Origin: Methanobacteriota archaeon
Lineage (GTDB): Archaea; Thermoplasmatota; Thermoplasmata; UBA10834; DTMW01
DNA length: 45,257 bases
Assembly (NCBI GenBank): GCA_011046235.1
Contig: DSAX01000053.1
Span: 1 to 45,257 of the forward strand
Reading direction: 5' to 3'
The notes under the pieces are model-generated. The model saw only the letters and a list, made by a program, of their open reading frames with translations, had not been told where the DNA came from and did not search any database. Both the position numbers and the translations under genes were made by a program. This document shows, one piece after another, positions 25,394 to 34,149 of this stretch (positions are counted from its first letter, which is position 1; every line of letters starts with the position of its first letter).

Positions 25394-27103
25394 ATGCCGC
25401 TTTACGACCTCGTGCTCGTCCACGCGCCCAGCGTATACGACTTCAGACGCAGGGGCGGTCTGTACGGCCCCGTTGCCGACCTCATACCTTCGACACCAGT
25501 ATTTGAGATGTACCCGATCGGGTTCACGACAATCGCATCGCTTCTCAATGGGGAAGGATACCGCGTAAGGATCCTGAACCTGGCTTCGCACATGCTCGCG
25601 GACGGTCGCTTCGACGCGGAAAGGGCGCTCCGGAAAATCAGGGCCCGCGTCTTCGGGATCGACCTTCACTGGCTGCCGCACGCCCACGGCAGCCTCGAGA
25701 TCGCCAAGCTTATCCGGAGGACGCATCCCGGATCGCGCATCGTCATGGGCGGTTTCAGCGCCACTTATTATCACGATCAAATATTGAGAGGGCACGGACA
25801 GGTAGATGCGGTATTCCTGGGAGACTCCGCCGAGCTGCCCATGCTGGAGTACATGAAGGCCATGGACTCCGGAAGGCCAATGGATCATGTCCCCAACCTC
25901 GCGTTCAGAGACGACCACGGCGCAGTCAAAAGCAACGGGATCACGCACATCGTCAGTGATTTGGACGAGGTCGGTTTCGACTACGGCTTCATGGTAAGGA
26001 GCGCCATCAGGAGCCTTGACCTGACTGGTCATCTTCCATACCTGGACTGGAAGCGAAATCCGATGCTCCTCGTCAGCACCGTGAGGGGGTGCTCCCACGG
26101 ATGCCTTACGTGCATGGGCTCCTGCGGGTCGTTCCAGAGGAACTTCGGAAGGGCGAAGCCGGCGTTCAGAAGCCCCGAGAAGGTGATCGAGGACATCGCG
26201 CAGATCGAGAGCTATTTCACGGGAGCGATCTTCATACTCGGAGACATCCAGCAGCCGGGGAGCGGCTATGCGGAAAGGCTTCTGTCGCTTCTGCGCGAAC
26301 AAAGGCCCAGGAGCGAGATCGCATTCGAGTTCTTCAGCCCGCCGGCCGGGGGTCTCATCGACATGATCTCCGGATCGGTCGAAAGGTACAATGTCCAAAT
26401 ATCCCCGGACAGCCACGACCCAGGAGTCAGGGGAGCGATAGGGAGGGGGTATTCCAACATGTCGCTGGAAAGCTCGATATCCAGGTTTTTAAAATCGGGG
26501 GCGAATAGGGTGGACCTTTTCTTCATGATCGGTCTCCCAGGTCAGGATGCTGAGTCCGTCTTGCAGACGGTCGAATACAGCTCAAGGCTCATGAAGGAAA
26601 TGGGGGTCAGGGAGCGGCTCATGCCGTTCATCTCTCCGCTGGCTCCGTTCATAGACCCCGGTAGCTGCGCCTTCGAGGAGCCCGATAAGCACGGATACCG
26701 CCTCTTCGCGAGGACGCTTGAGGAGCACAGGAAGCTGCTGACGATGCCCAGCTGGAAGCATGTACTGAACTACGAGACCAGTTGGCTCACCCGGGAGCAG
26801 ATCGTCGATTCGACCTACTCAGCGGGTCTGAAGCTGAACGACGCCAAGGAGGCGGTCGGCGCGATCAGCGGCGAATCCGCGTCGGCTGTTCGAGGAAGGA
26901 CGAAACTCGCCTGGGAGGCGGTCAGGAAGATCGACCTGGCGATGCAATCCGCCGATCCTGAGGAGGCGCTCGGATCAATTGGAGAGGAGATCGGGGACCT
27001 GAGCGAGTCCACAGTGTGCAACAAGAGGGAACTGGACTGGACGAAGAGGAGCATATATTGGAGCATGCCGCGCGCACTGATCGCTGCCATACAGGGAAAG
27101 TGA
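25394..27103 (+). CDS. B12-binding-domain radical SAM enzyme (class B-like architecture), substrate unknown
   Basis: The N-terminal Rossmann-like region (YDLVLVHAPSVYDF ... GYRVRILNLA ... RIVMGGFSATYY) is typical of the cobalamin-binding domain of this family. It is followed by the CxxxCxxC motif RGCSHGCLTCMG. Confidence 0.8.
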   Translation: MPLYDLVLVHAPSVYDFRRRGGLYGPVADLIPSTPVFEMYPIGFTTIASLLNGEGYRVRILNLASHMLADGRFDAERALRKIRARVFGIDLHWLPHAHGSLEIAKLIRRTHPGSRIVMGGFSATYYHDQILRGHGQVDAVFLGDSAELPMLEYMKAMDSGRPMDHVPNLAFRDDHGAVKSNGITHIVSDLDEVGFDYGFMVRSAIRSLDLTGHLPYLDWKRNPMLLVSTVRGCSHGCLTCMGSCGSFQRNFGRAKPAFRSPEKVIEDIAQIESYFTGAIFILGDIQQPGSGYAERLLSLLREQRPRSEIAFEFFSPPAGGLIDMISGSVERYNVQISPDSHDPGVRGAIGRGYSNMSLESSISRFLKSGANRVDLFFMIGLPGQDAESVLQTVEYSSRLMKEMGVRERLMPFISPLAPFIDPGSCAFEEPDKHGYRLFARTLEEHRKLLTMPSWKHVLNYETSWLTREQIVDSTYSAGLKLNDAKEAVGAISGESASAVRGRTKLAWEAVRKIDLAMQSADPEEALGSIGEEIGDLSESTVCNKRELDWTKRSIYWSMPRALIAAIQGK

Positions 27104-27172
27104 AAAGTGCGATTCACTGGAAAATTTCTTGAATCGTGAGGGGTATAACCTGTAATATACGGAGCTAACAGC

Positions 27173-27664
27173 ATGATTCTGGGCATCTACGGATACCACA
27201 AGAGCGGAAAGACGCTGCTTCTAGAGAATCTTATGGACGAGCTCAGAATGCGCGGATACCGTGCCGCTGCCATCAAGCATCTTGGCCCGGATTTCCGAGA
27301 GGATTTCTCCGGCGATACCGGCCGCCTTGCAAGAGCGGGATACGACCCCATCGTGGCGATTTCCGATAACATGTTCACCTTCAGGATGTCCGGATACCAC
27401 GACCTTTCAAAGGTCATATCACTGGTGGAATTTCTGTCCGAAGTCGATGTCATATTTGTCGAGGGGTTCAAACACGCCCAGATCAAAAAGATCGCGGTTG
27501 GTGATATCAAGGAGCTTCCGGGAACGGTCATGCGAATCAGCTCGGTGCTATCGGCCGAATTTGACCGCGTGGTCAAATTCATAATCGATCAGATCAAGGA
27601 GGAGAAGAGCGATAGCGCACGAAACCCCCTCGGGGACAACGTGTTCGAAAAACCAGGAGCTTAG
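27173..27664 (+). CDS. mobB: Molybdopterin-guanine dinucleotide biosynthesis adapter protein MobB
   Basis: P-loop ILGIYGYHKSGKTLLLENL, then AAIKH and VIFVEGFK motifs; 163 aa. Confidence 0.8.
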   Translation: MILGIYGYHKSGKTLLLENLMDELRMRGYRAAAIKHLGPDFREDFSGDTGRLARAGYDPIVAISDNMFTFRMSGYHDLSKVISLVEFLSEVDVIFVEGFKHAQIKKIAVGDIKELPGTVMRISSVLSAEFDRVVKFIIDQIKEEKSDSARNPLGDNVFEKPGA

Positions 27665-27681
27665 AAAAAGGGAGTGATGTC

Positions 27682-27846
27682 GTGTCTAATGTGGAGGTCG
27701 AAGTCAAAGTCAACGGGAAGGAGCTGCCGACAAACGAGTTCGTATCTACGATCCTATGGGAGATACTCAGCGGTGTGATGAAATCTCTCAAAGGCGCCGA
27801 TTCCGAGATAAGAAAGATCGAGATTTCCGCCGCATCGAAAGAGTGA
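27682..27846 (+). CDS. Unlisted small ORF (54 codons, GTG start) between mobB and mobA; hypothetical protein
   Basis: GTG at 27682 is preceded by GGGAGTG (27670-27676). Translation: VSNVEVEVKVNGKELPTNEFVSTILWEILSGVMKSLKGADSEIRKIEISAASKE, with the stop at 27844-27846, 8 nt before the mobA start. It is below the 60-aa cut-off of the ORF track and fills an otherwise empty 190-nt gap in a same-strand gene row. Confidence 0.45.
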   Translation: MSNVEVEVKVNGKELPTNEFVSTILWEILSGVMKSLKGADSEIRKIEISAASKE

Positions 27847-27853
27847 TTTCGGT

Positions 27854-28456
27854 TTGCAGGCGGATACCGTTGCACTCGTGATTCTTGCAGGCGGCGAGAG
27901 CTCACGCTTCGGCTGCCCAAAGGCCCTCTTTCAATTCAATGGCCGCCCAATGATCGGTATTGTAATTGAAGCGCTCGGGAGCCTATCTAAAAAGGTCGTC
28001 GTGGCAGTCGCTCCCGGAGAATCAGGCGGCTTCTCCGATCTGCTGGGCAACGGCGTTACAGTATCGGAGGACAGCGAGAAATTCAGGGGGCCGATCTTCG
28101 GGCTGAGCAATGCTATGAAGGCTGTTGCCGAGGACATCACGATCGTCGTCCCATGCGATATGCCTCACATCTCACCGGCGCTTTTCGAGCTGCTCCTGGA
28201 GTGCATGGGAGAACATCAGGCATCAGTCCCGATCCTGAACGGCTACCCGGAACCGATGATATCCGTATACCGATCCGAACCATTGAAATACGCGATATCC
28301 GAGGCTCTGAGATCGGGAGAAACGAGGTTCTCCTCCATCCTTGATCATCTGGATTATATCGAGGTGTCGGAGGAATTTATATTATCTAAATCCATTGATA
28401 AAACAACTTTCACCAACCTCAACCGCCCGAGATCAGAACGAGATCAAACCAGGTAA
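27854..28456 (+). CDS. mobA: Molybdenum cofactor guanylyltransferase MobA
   Basis: LVILAGGESSRFG nucleotide-binding motif and VVPCDMPHI motif. 200 aa, TTG start. Confidence 0.8.
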   Translation: MQADTVALVILAGGESSRFGCPKALFQFNGRPMIGIVIEALGSLSKKVVVAVAPGESGGFSDLLGNGVTVSEDSEKFRGPIFGLSNAMKAVAEDITIVVPCDMPHISPALFELLLECMGEHQASVPILNGYPEPMISVYRSEPLKYAISEALRSGETRFSSILDHLDYIEVSEEFILSKSIDKTTFTNLNRPRSERDQTR

Positions 28457-28608
28457 CAGCGACGATTTGGCCCCTTTTCGCAGGGTCGTATGGACGATAT
28501 TGATTGAATTCGTCAACGAACGGATGATTAGGAGCACTAATCTTTTTATTACCTTATCAGAATCACCGCTCTGTCGCACGAGAAATATTCCTCTAATGGG
28601 GTGTAGGA

Positions 28609-29820
28609 TTGAACGTCTCAAGAATTGATTCTCAAACGGTTTCTGTATCTAGCCCACACGAAATCCACGGATTGCTCTCGGGATGCGTGGCAAATAGACA
28701 ATCCGCAGTGACCGTGAACGCGGATATTTTGCAGACATACGACTACCGGAGCATTCCGACTGCCGCAAGGATCGACCTTTCGAGAATGGCACCAGTATAT
28801 GTCAGCCAAGCGGAAAAGATCGCCAGGTTGGGGCCGGGCGCGAGGTATTCATCGCTCTTGGCGGAAGCGGAGAAGGTCGGAATGACGCCGGAGTTCGAGC
28901 CCGTGCTCGGAATCGATTTCACCATGTCCGATTGGGCGCATGAGTCGCTTCGCATGATATCAACATCCAGATCCGGACTTGACGGGGTAATACGAAACGT
29001 AAAGGCAATCGCGCCCAGAAGCTCCTTTCAGACGGGGTTCGATACGACTCCCGCGAACGGAGGAGGATACGACCTCACAAAGCTCTTCATGACGAGCTCC
29101 GTCCTGCTGGGGGTTCCCTACGAGTTCTCGGTACCGCTGAGACCGATCCCGGAGAGCCGATCATCGGCCGAGTACAGCTTCGACGATCTCGAAAAAGCAA
29201 TAAATGCGGGGGTCGAGATACACAGGAGCGGACTTGCGGCAGCAATCGATCTCTCGGATAACGGGCTTTTACAGATCATCCGAGGAGCAGAGGGAAAAAC
29301 ATCAAAGGGATATCTTATCAGGGTGCGCATAGAATGTTCCCAGATGGCGGTCGATAGCTCTGAAAAAATGGTCTCGGAGATCGCCAATAAACACGGGGGA
29401 AAAAGTGACAGCTCAGACCTATCCGAAACCAAGCTTATTTCGCCGGAAGAGGTGAGCGATAACGCCGTGATCCTCGGGATCTTCGTCTGCGATACCCCAG
29501 GCGTCGTTGGGCTTGTAAAAAGACTTTCTAAAGGTCTTTCAAAATCGAAAACATCCCTTAAATTCTCAATACCTGACCTATCGCCGAATACATGTACGAT
29601 GATCCCAGTCGCGGTCGGCAAGGACGCGGCAAGTCTGACGGGGCAGATAGGGCAGCTCCTATCAAACACGAGGATACCTTTGAGGGGCAACAGGAGTTGG
29701 AATCCGCTGCTCGGAGATTCAGACGCCTTCCAAAGAAGGGAGCTGATTACCAGCATTAAAAGATATCTGGATCCCTCAATGATCTTAAACCCTCAGGTCC
29801 TAATGGAGGCGGTACAGTGA
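28609..29820 (+). CDS. GlcE-like FAD-binding (PCMH-type) subunit with a degenerate flavin-binding N-terminus
   Basis: GLDGVIRNVKAIAP...GGGYDLTKLFMTSSVLLGVPYEFSVPLRPIPE matches the G.V....V....G.......GYDL..L..GS.G.LG...E..L.L.P pattern of GlcD/GlcE. The C-terminal IKRYLDPSMILNP is typical of the family. The Gly-rich GGG(H/T)S-type loop of the catalytic subunits is absent. Confidence 0.65.
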   Translation: MNVSRIDSQTVSVSSPHEIHGLLSGCVANRQSAVTVNADILQTYDYRSIPTAARIDLSRMAPVYVSQAEKIARLGPGARYSSLLAEAEKVGMTPEFEPVLGIDFTMSDWAHESLRMISTSRSGLDGVIRNVKAIAPRSSFQTGFDTTPANGGGYDLTKLFMTSSVLLGVPYEFSVPLRPIPESRSSAEYSFDDLEKAINAGVEIHRSGLAAAIDLSDNGLLQIIRGAEGKTSKGYLIRVRIECSQMAVDSSEKMVSEIANKHGGKSDSSDLSETKLISPEEVSDNAVILGIFVCDTPGVVGLVKRLSKGLSKSKTSLKFSIPDLSPNTCTMIPVAVGKDAASLTGQIGQLLSNTRIPLRGNRSWNPLLGDSDAFQRRELITSIKRYLDPSMILNPQVLMEAVQ

Positions 29821-29894
29821 GGATCCAATTCGTCCGGAGAAGAAATGAAAGATGCGGTTGGAACGGACATCCGGCCTCCTTGGGAGGTGACTGA

Positions 29895-31418
29895 ATGGTC
29901 GAGTCATCTCAGGCGAGAAACAGACTGCTGGAGATATTGGGTCCCGATAGATACAGCGAGCAATATCTCGAGAGAATGGTCACATCTCATGATCTGGCAC
30001 CTCTCCCGAAGCTGGGAGCGGTCGCCTTTAAGATGATGCCCGAGGCGGTGCTCCATCCGAAGGAGACCGAGGAGGTGGCGGATATCGTCAGGGCAGCGGA
30101 GAGCTGGAACTTGCCGATCACTCCGAGGGGCGGCGCCAGCTGGGGATTTGGTGGCGCGGTACCGAACAAGGGCGGACTCGTACTCGACATGGCCTCCATG
30201 AACAGGATCATCGGTCTTGATGTCGACAGAGGAATTATCCGGGTGCAGCCCGGAGTAGTCTGGAAGAACCTCGACGATTGGCTCCAGAGAAGGGGCTATT
30301 TCCTGCCTTACTATCCATCATCAGCCCCCGGCGCGACGATCGGCGGCTGGATAAGCACGGGCGGTGTCGGAGTTGGGAACTACAAGTACGGCTCCGCGAG
30401 GAACAATGTGAGGAACCTCACAGTAGTGCTCCCATCCGGAAATATGATCGACACCGCGCACAGGGCGGCTAGCAAGCAGCCTTCCCAGTTCGATCTGACA
30501 AGCCTATTCATAGGGGCCGAGGGATCGCTCGGCATAGTGACCTCGATCGACCTTCAGGTCTACCCGAAACCCGAGGAGCTCACGCTCAGGTCCTACTCGT
30601 TCCAGAACATGGATGCCGTGTACGATGCGATGATCAGAATAGGCGAAACCAAGGAGAAGCCCTACCACATAGGATTTCTGGATGACAACTACTTCCGGTT
30701 CCTGAGAGCGATGGGAAGGCACGCTCCCGAGGTTGGGGGGATGCTGAACATCGCCTTCGATGGTCTCAAGTTCAGGGTCGACGAGGAGGTTAAGATATTC
30801 GATGACCTCATTGCATCGGCAGGCGGCCAAAGGGAGAGCGACGAGACGGCTAGGCACGAGTGGGACGAGCGGTCGTACGAGCTGAGAAGCAAGAAACTGG
30901 GAACGGGTGCTGTCATCGGGGAGGCGCTTATACCGGTTGGCCAGGCAGCGGCTGTTGCAAGGGAAGCCAACGAACTCGTCCGGAGAATGAAGATGTCTAT
31001 CGCGGTGAACGGGTTCCTTATCGACAGGGACACGGTCGCGTTCCTACCGTTCTATTTGACCGATGAACGGAGATGGCTGAAGAGCATATCCTCGCTATCG
31101 TTCGTGAAGAAGTTCCTGGACATTTCGGACAGGCACGGCGGGAGGCCGGTGGGGCTGGGGCTTTTCATGGCGAACAACGTGCTCAGGATGCGTGATCGTA
31201 ACACTGTTGAGTTGCTCAAAAATATTAAAGATACCTTGGATCCAACTGGAAGAGTGAACGGTGGTAAAACGGTAAGATTAGAAACTCGTTTCGGGATCGG
31301 CGTCGGGCCGAGGCTTTTCGGTTTCGGCATGGAGGCGCTGGCCTTTCTAAAGAAGTTATATCCGCGGGACAGGTACGACAGGCCCGTTCCAGGGGGCTTT
31401 TCGGGGGGCGAGCACTGA
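29895..31418 (+). CDS. FAD-linked oxidase/dehydrogenase, GlcD/D-lactate dehydrogenase-like catalytic subunit
   Basis: PITPRGGASWGFGGAVP flavin loop, LDMASMNRIIGLDVDRGIIRVQPGV, GGWISTGGVGVGNYKYG, and C-terminal IKDTLDPTGRVNGGK. Confidence 0.8.
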   Translation: MVESSQARNRLLEILGPDRYSEQYLERMVTSHDLAPLPKLGAVAFKMMPEAVLHPKETEEVADIVRAAESWNLPITPRGGASWGFGGAVPNKGGLVLDMASMNRIIGLDVDRGIIRVQPGVVWKNLDDWLQRRGYFLPYYPSSAPGATIGGWISTGGVGVGNYKYGSARNNVRNLTVVLPSGNMIDTAHRAASKQPSQFDLTSLFIGAEGSLGIVTSIDLQVYPKPEELTLRSYSFQNMDAVYDAMIRIGETKEKPYHIGFLDDNYFRFLRAMGRHAPEVGGMLNIAFDGLKFRVDEEVKIFDDLIASAGGQRESDETARHEWDERSYELRSKKLGTGAVIGEALIPVGQAAAVAREANELVRRMKMSIAVNGFLIDRDTVAFLPFYLTDERRWLKSISSLSFVKKFLDISDRHGGRPVGLGLFMANNVLRMRDRNTVELLKNIKDTLDPTGRVNGGKTVRLETRFGIGVGPRLFGFGMEALAFLKKLYPRDRYDRPVPGGFSGGEH

Positions 31419-32572
31419 TGATAACCATACCCGAGGAGCGGGAACTCTACGCCTGCCTCCAGTGCGGCTACTGCAGGGCGGTCTGTCCGATTTACGCGGA
31501 GACTGGCTGGGAATCGAACAACCCACGCGGCAAGCTATTCGCGCTGAAACAGCTCGCGAACAGGGGGCCGATGGACATCCTGCTCAGGCGGAAAGTGAAG
31601 CCGGGAGAGGATTTCAAGAAAACGCTGTACCAGTGCACTTCGTGCGGAGCCTGCGATGAGGTCTGCCATGTGGACATCAAACTGTCTCATCTATGGGAGG
31701 AGCTGAAGGAGTGGATGCTGTCCCAGGGGTTCGAGCCCATGGAGGTTCACAAGAATATCCGAGACCGAGTCGCTAGTGTGAGGAACCCATACGGAGAACC
31801 GATCGAGAAGCGCGGGGACTGGGTCGAGGACAAGGATAACCTATCTGATAATCCAGAGGTGATTTTCTTTGCCGGCTGCACGGCCAGCTACCGGGTCGCC
31901 TTCCTCGGAAAGGCGGTAGAGAATGTCCTTAAGGCCGCCGGGGTCAAATACAACATCCTCGGCTCGGATGAATGGTGCTGCGGATCCCCACTTCTCAGGA
32001 CCGGACAGGCCGACATCGTCCGAAGGGAACTGGCTCCGCACAATGCGGAGCAGATGGAAAAGCACGGGTACGACCAAATGATAACGGCTTGCGCCGGATG
32101 CTTCAACACGATCAAGAACGACTATCCCAAGATCGTCGGAAAGCCGACCTACAATTTGTTCCACATGACGGAGTACTTCGAGAAGCTGATCAAAGACAAG
32201 CGGCTCAAGTTCACAAAGGAGTTCAAGAAGCGGGTGACATACCACGACCCATGCCACCTTGGAAGGCATGCAGGCGTCTATGATGCGCCGAGGAACATCC
32301 TCAAGGCCATCCCCGGACTCGAACTCGTCGAGATGGCCCATACACGAGAGCTAGCCCTATGTTGCGGAGCCGGGGGCGGGTACAAATCAGCGTACAATTA
32401 TTCTGCGGAGAGCATCGCGGCAAAGAGGGTTGAGGAGGCCGAGGAGGTCGGTGCGGAACTGATCATCACTTCATGCCCGTTCTGTCAAGTCAACCTCAAT
32501 GCCGGTGCCAAGAAAATCGGCAGCAAGATCAAAACGATCGATATCGCAGAGGTCATACAACAGATCATCTGA
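31418..32572 (+). CDS. GlcF/HdrD-like iron-sulfur oxidoreductase (two 4Fe-4S motifs plus two CCG domains)
   Basis: CLQCGYCRAVCP and CTSCGACDEVCH motifs. CCG motifs are EWCCGSPL and LCCGAGGG, with SCPFCQ following. The start overlaps the upstream stop (TGATG). Confidence 0.8.
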   Translation: MITIPEERELYACLQCGYCRAVCPIYAETGWESNNPRGKLFALKQLANRGPMDILLRRKVKPGEDFKKTLYQCTSCGACDEVCHVDIKLSHLWEELKEWMLSQGFEPMEVHKNIRDRVASVRNPYGEPIEKRGDWVEDKDNLSDNPEVIFFAGCTASYRVAFLGKAVENVLKAAGVKYNILGSDEWCCGSPLLRTGQADIVRRELAPHNAEQMEKHGYDQMITACAGCFNTIKNDYPKIVGKPTYNLFHMTEYFEKLIKDKRLKFTKEFKKRVTYHDPCHLGRHAGVYDAPRNILKAIPGLELVEMAHTRELALCCGAGGGYKSAYNYSAESIAAKRVEEAEEVGAELIITSCPFCQVNLNAGAKKIGSKIKTIDIAEVIQQII

Positions 32573-32598
32573 GGTGGATCATCGGCAAGACCGCTTTC

Positions 32599-33117
32599 TC
32601 AGATGCCCGTCCAAGGCACTCCCTTCAGGGCGCTCATGACGATCTGGGTCTGGGTTTCCTTCACGCCCTCGATCTTGAGATATCCGTCGATGAACTCCTG
32701 TAGCTCGGTCATTCCGACGAAAAGTGTTACGACGAGCAGGTCGTATTCTCCCGTCACCCGGTAGACCGCAATTACCCGGTTGTGATCCACGATCTTGGCC
32801 ACCACCTCGTCCAGCTTCTCAGTTACGGCCTTTACCTGAATGTAGGCCTTGACCGTGTTTTCGACGAGCTTGTAGTTGATGTGGATCGAGAACTTCATTA
32901 TGATTCCTTTCTCGACCAGGTTCTTTATTCTCCTCCGGACGGTCGCCTCCGTTATGTTCAGTTTCTGGGCTATCTCGCTGTTGCTCATCCTGGCGTTGTC
33001 GAGGAGCTCGCAGAGTATCCTGATGTCCGTGGAATCAATTGGTAGCAGTTTAAGGTCCAGACCTTTCCATCTCTCGAAAATATCGCACGGGAACGGATCG
33101 GCCATTTCTCCTTTCAT
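32599..33117 (-). CDS. Lrp/AsnC family transcriptional regulator
   Basis: HTH region DSTDIRILCELLDNARMSNSEIAQKLNITEATVRRRIKNLVEKGII, followed by a RAM/ACT-like effector domain (AVYRVTGEYDLLVV). Confidence 0.85.
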   Translation of the reverse strand: MKGEMADPFPCDIFERWKGLDLKLLPIDSTDIRILCELLDNARMSNSEIAQKLNITEATVRRRIKNLVEKGIIMKFSIHINYKLVENTVKAYIQVKAVTEKLDEVVAKIVDHNRVIAVYRVTGEYDLLVVTLFVGMTELQEFIDGYLKIEGVKETQTQIVMSALKGVPWTGI

Positions 33118-33254
33118 TTCAGGTACCGGACCATATGTAACAACAATAAGATACTAAAAATTAACGGAATTCGGACCCAATCGAGAAAATTATTCCAAAA
33201 TTCGACTATAATTTATCGTATTCATGCAGACAAAGGACGAAATCGCCTTTCCTA

Positions 33255-34013
33255 CTATTTGCCGAACCGCCTGATCCTCCTCTGGTAGTCCCTTATTGCC
33301 CTCAGGAAGTCGATCTTGCGGAAACCGGGCCAATACACATCGGAAAAATAGAGCTCGGAATAGGCGAGCTGCCAGAGAAGGAAGTTGGATATCCTCTCCT
33401 CCCCGCTCGTCCTCAGTATCAGGTCCGGGTCTGGGTGATCCCCGGTGTACAGGAACCTGGAGAAGCTCTCCTCGGTTATATCTTCTAGCCTCATCTTCTC
33501 CGACTTGACCTCTTCCGCGATCCTCCTTATCCCCTGGAGGATGTCCTCCCTGCCCCCGTAGGCTATCGCCAGATTGAAGAAGTAGCCGTCGTAATCCCTC
33601 GTCCTCTCCTCGGCCTTCGAGATCGCCTCGGTAACCCTTTCCGGAAGCAGGTCTCTCTGGCCAATGACTGATACCCTTATCCTGTGCTTGTGCACGCGGG
33701 GGTCATCTGCCAGGCGGGTGAAATTCGCGACGAACATGTCCATGAGATAGTCTATCTCCCCGGTTCCCCGCCTCAGGTTCTCGGTCGAGAAGGCGAAAAC
33801 GGTCATGATCTTCACCCCGACTGACATACTCCAGTCGAGCATCTCTTCCAGCTTGTCCCTCCCCTTCTCGTGGCCCTGGGCATAGCTAAGGCCCGCATCC
33901 TCGGCATATCTCCGGTTGCCGTCCATGATGATGGCTAGATGCTGGGGTATGGGTCCCTGCTTGACCTCCCTGAGCAGCCTCTTCTCGTACCAGCGGTATA
34001 TCCCGCTGGCCAT
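33255..34013 (-). CDS. uppS: cis-Prenyltransferase, undecaprenyl/dolichyl-type diphosphate synthase
   Basis: HLAIIMDGNRRYA, TVFAFSTENLRR and RTSGEERISNFLLWQLAYSELYF signatures. Confidence 0.9.
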   Translation of the reverse strand: MASGIYRWYEKRLLREVKQGPIPQHLAIIMDGNRRYAEDAGLSYAQGHEKGRDKLEEMLDWSMSVGVKIMTVFAFSTENLRRGTGEIDYLMDMFVANFTRLADDPRVHKHRIRVSVIGQRDLLPERVTEAISKAEERTRDYDGYFFNLAIAYGGREDILQGIRRIAEEVKSEKMRLEDITEESFSRFLYTGDHPDPDLILRTSGEERISNFLLWQLAYSELYFSDVYWPGFRKIDFLRAIRDYQRRIRRFGK

Positions 34014-34149
34014 CCTCCTGGTTACCGTGTTTAGCGTGGGCGTCCACCCGGCCTTTGATATACAACGTGGAAAAAAAGTTATCGCAACATACTAAGGTCG
34101 ACCGGTTCGGGAGCCATAATTGCGGGGCGGATGACCCCTCTGCCCTCCT

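Noticed and set aside
25298-26416. 372-aa ORF on the minus strand, antisense to the radical SAM gene
   Set aside because: The translation is Arg/Pro/Gly/Asp-rich and low in complexity, with no motifs, and it lies wholly inside a plus-strand gene with clear family signatures. This is a typical shadow ORF from GC-rich third codon positions.
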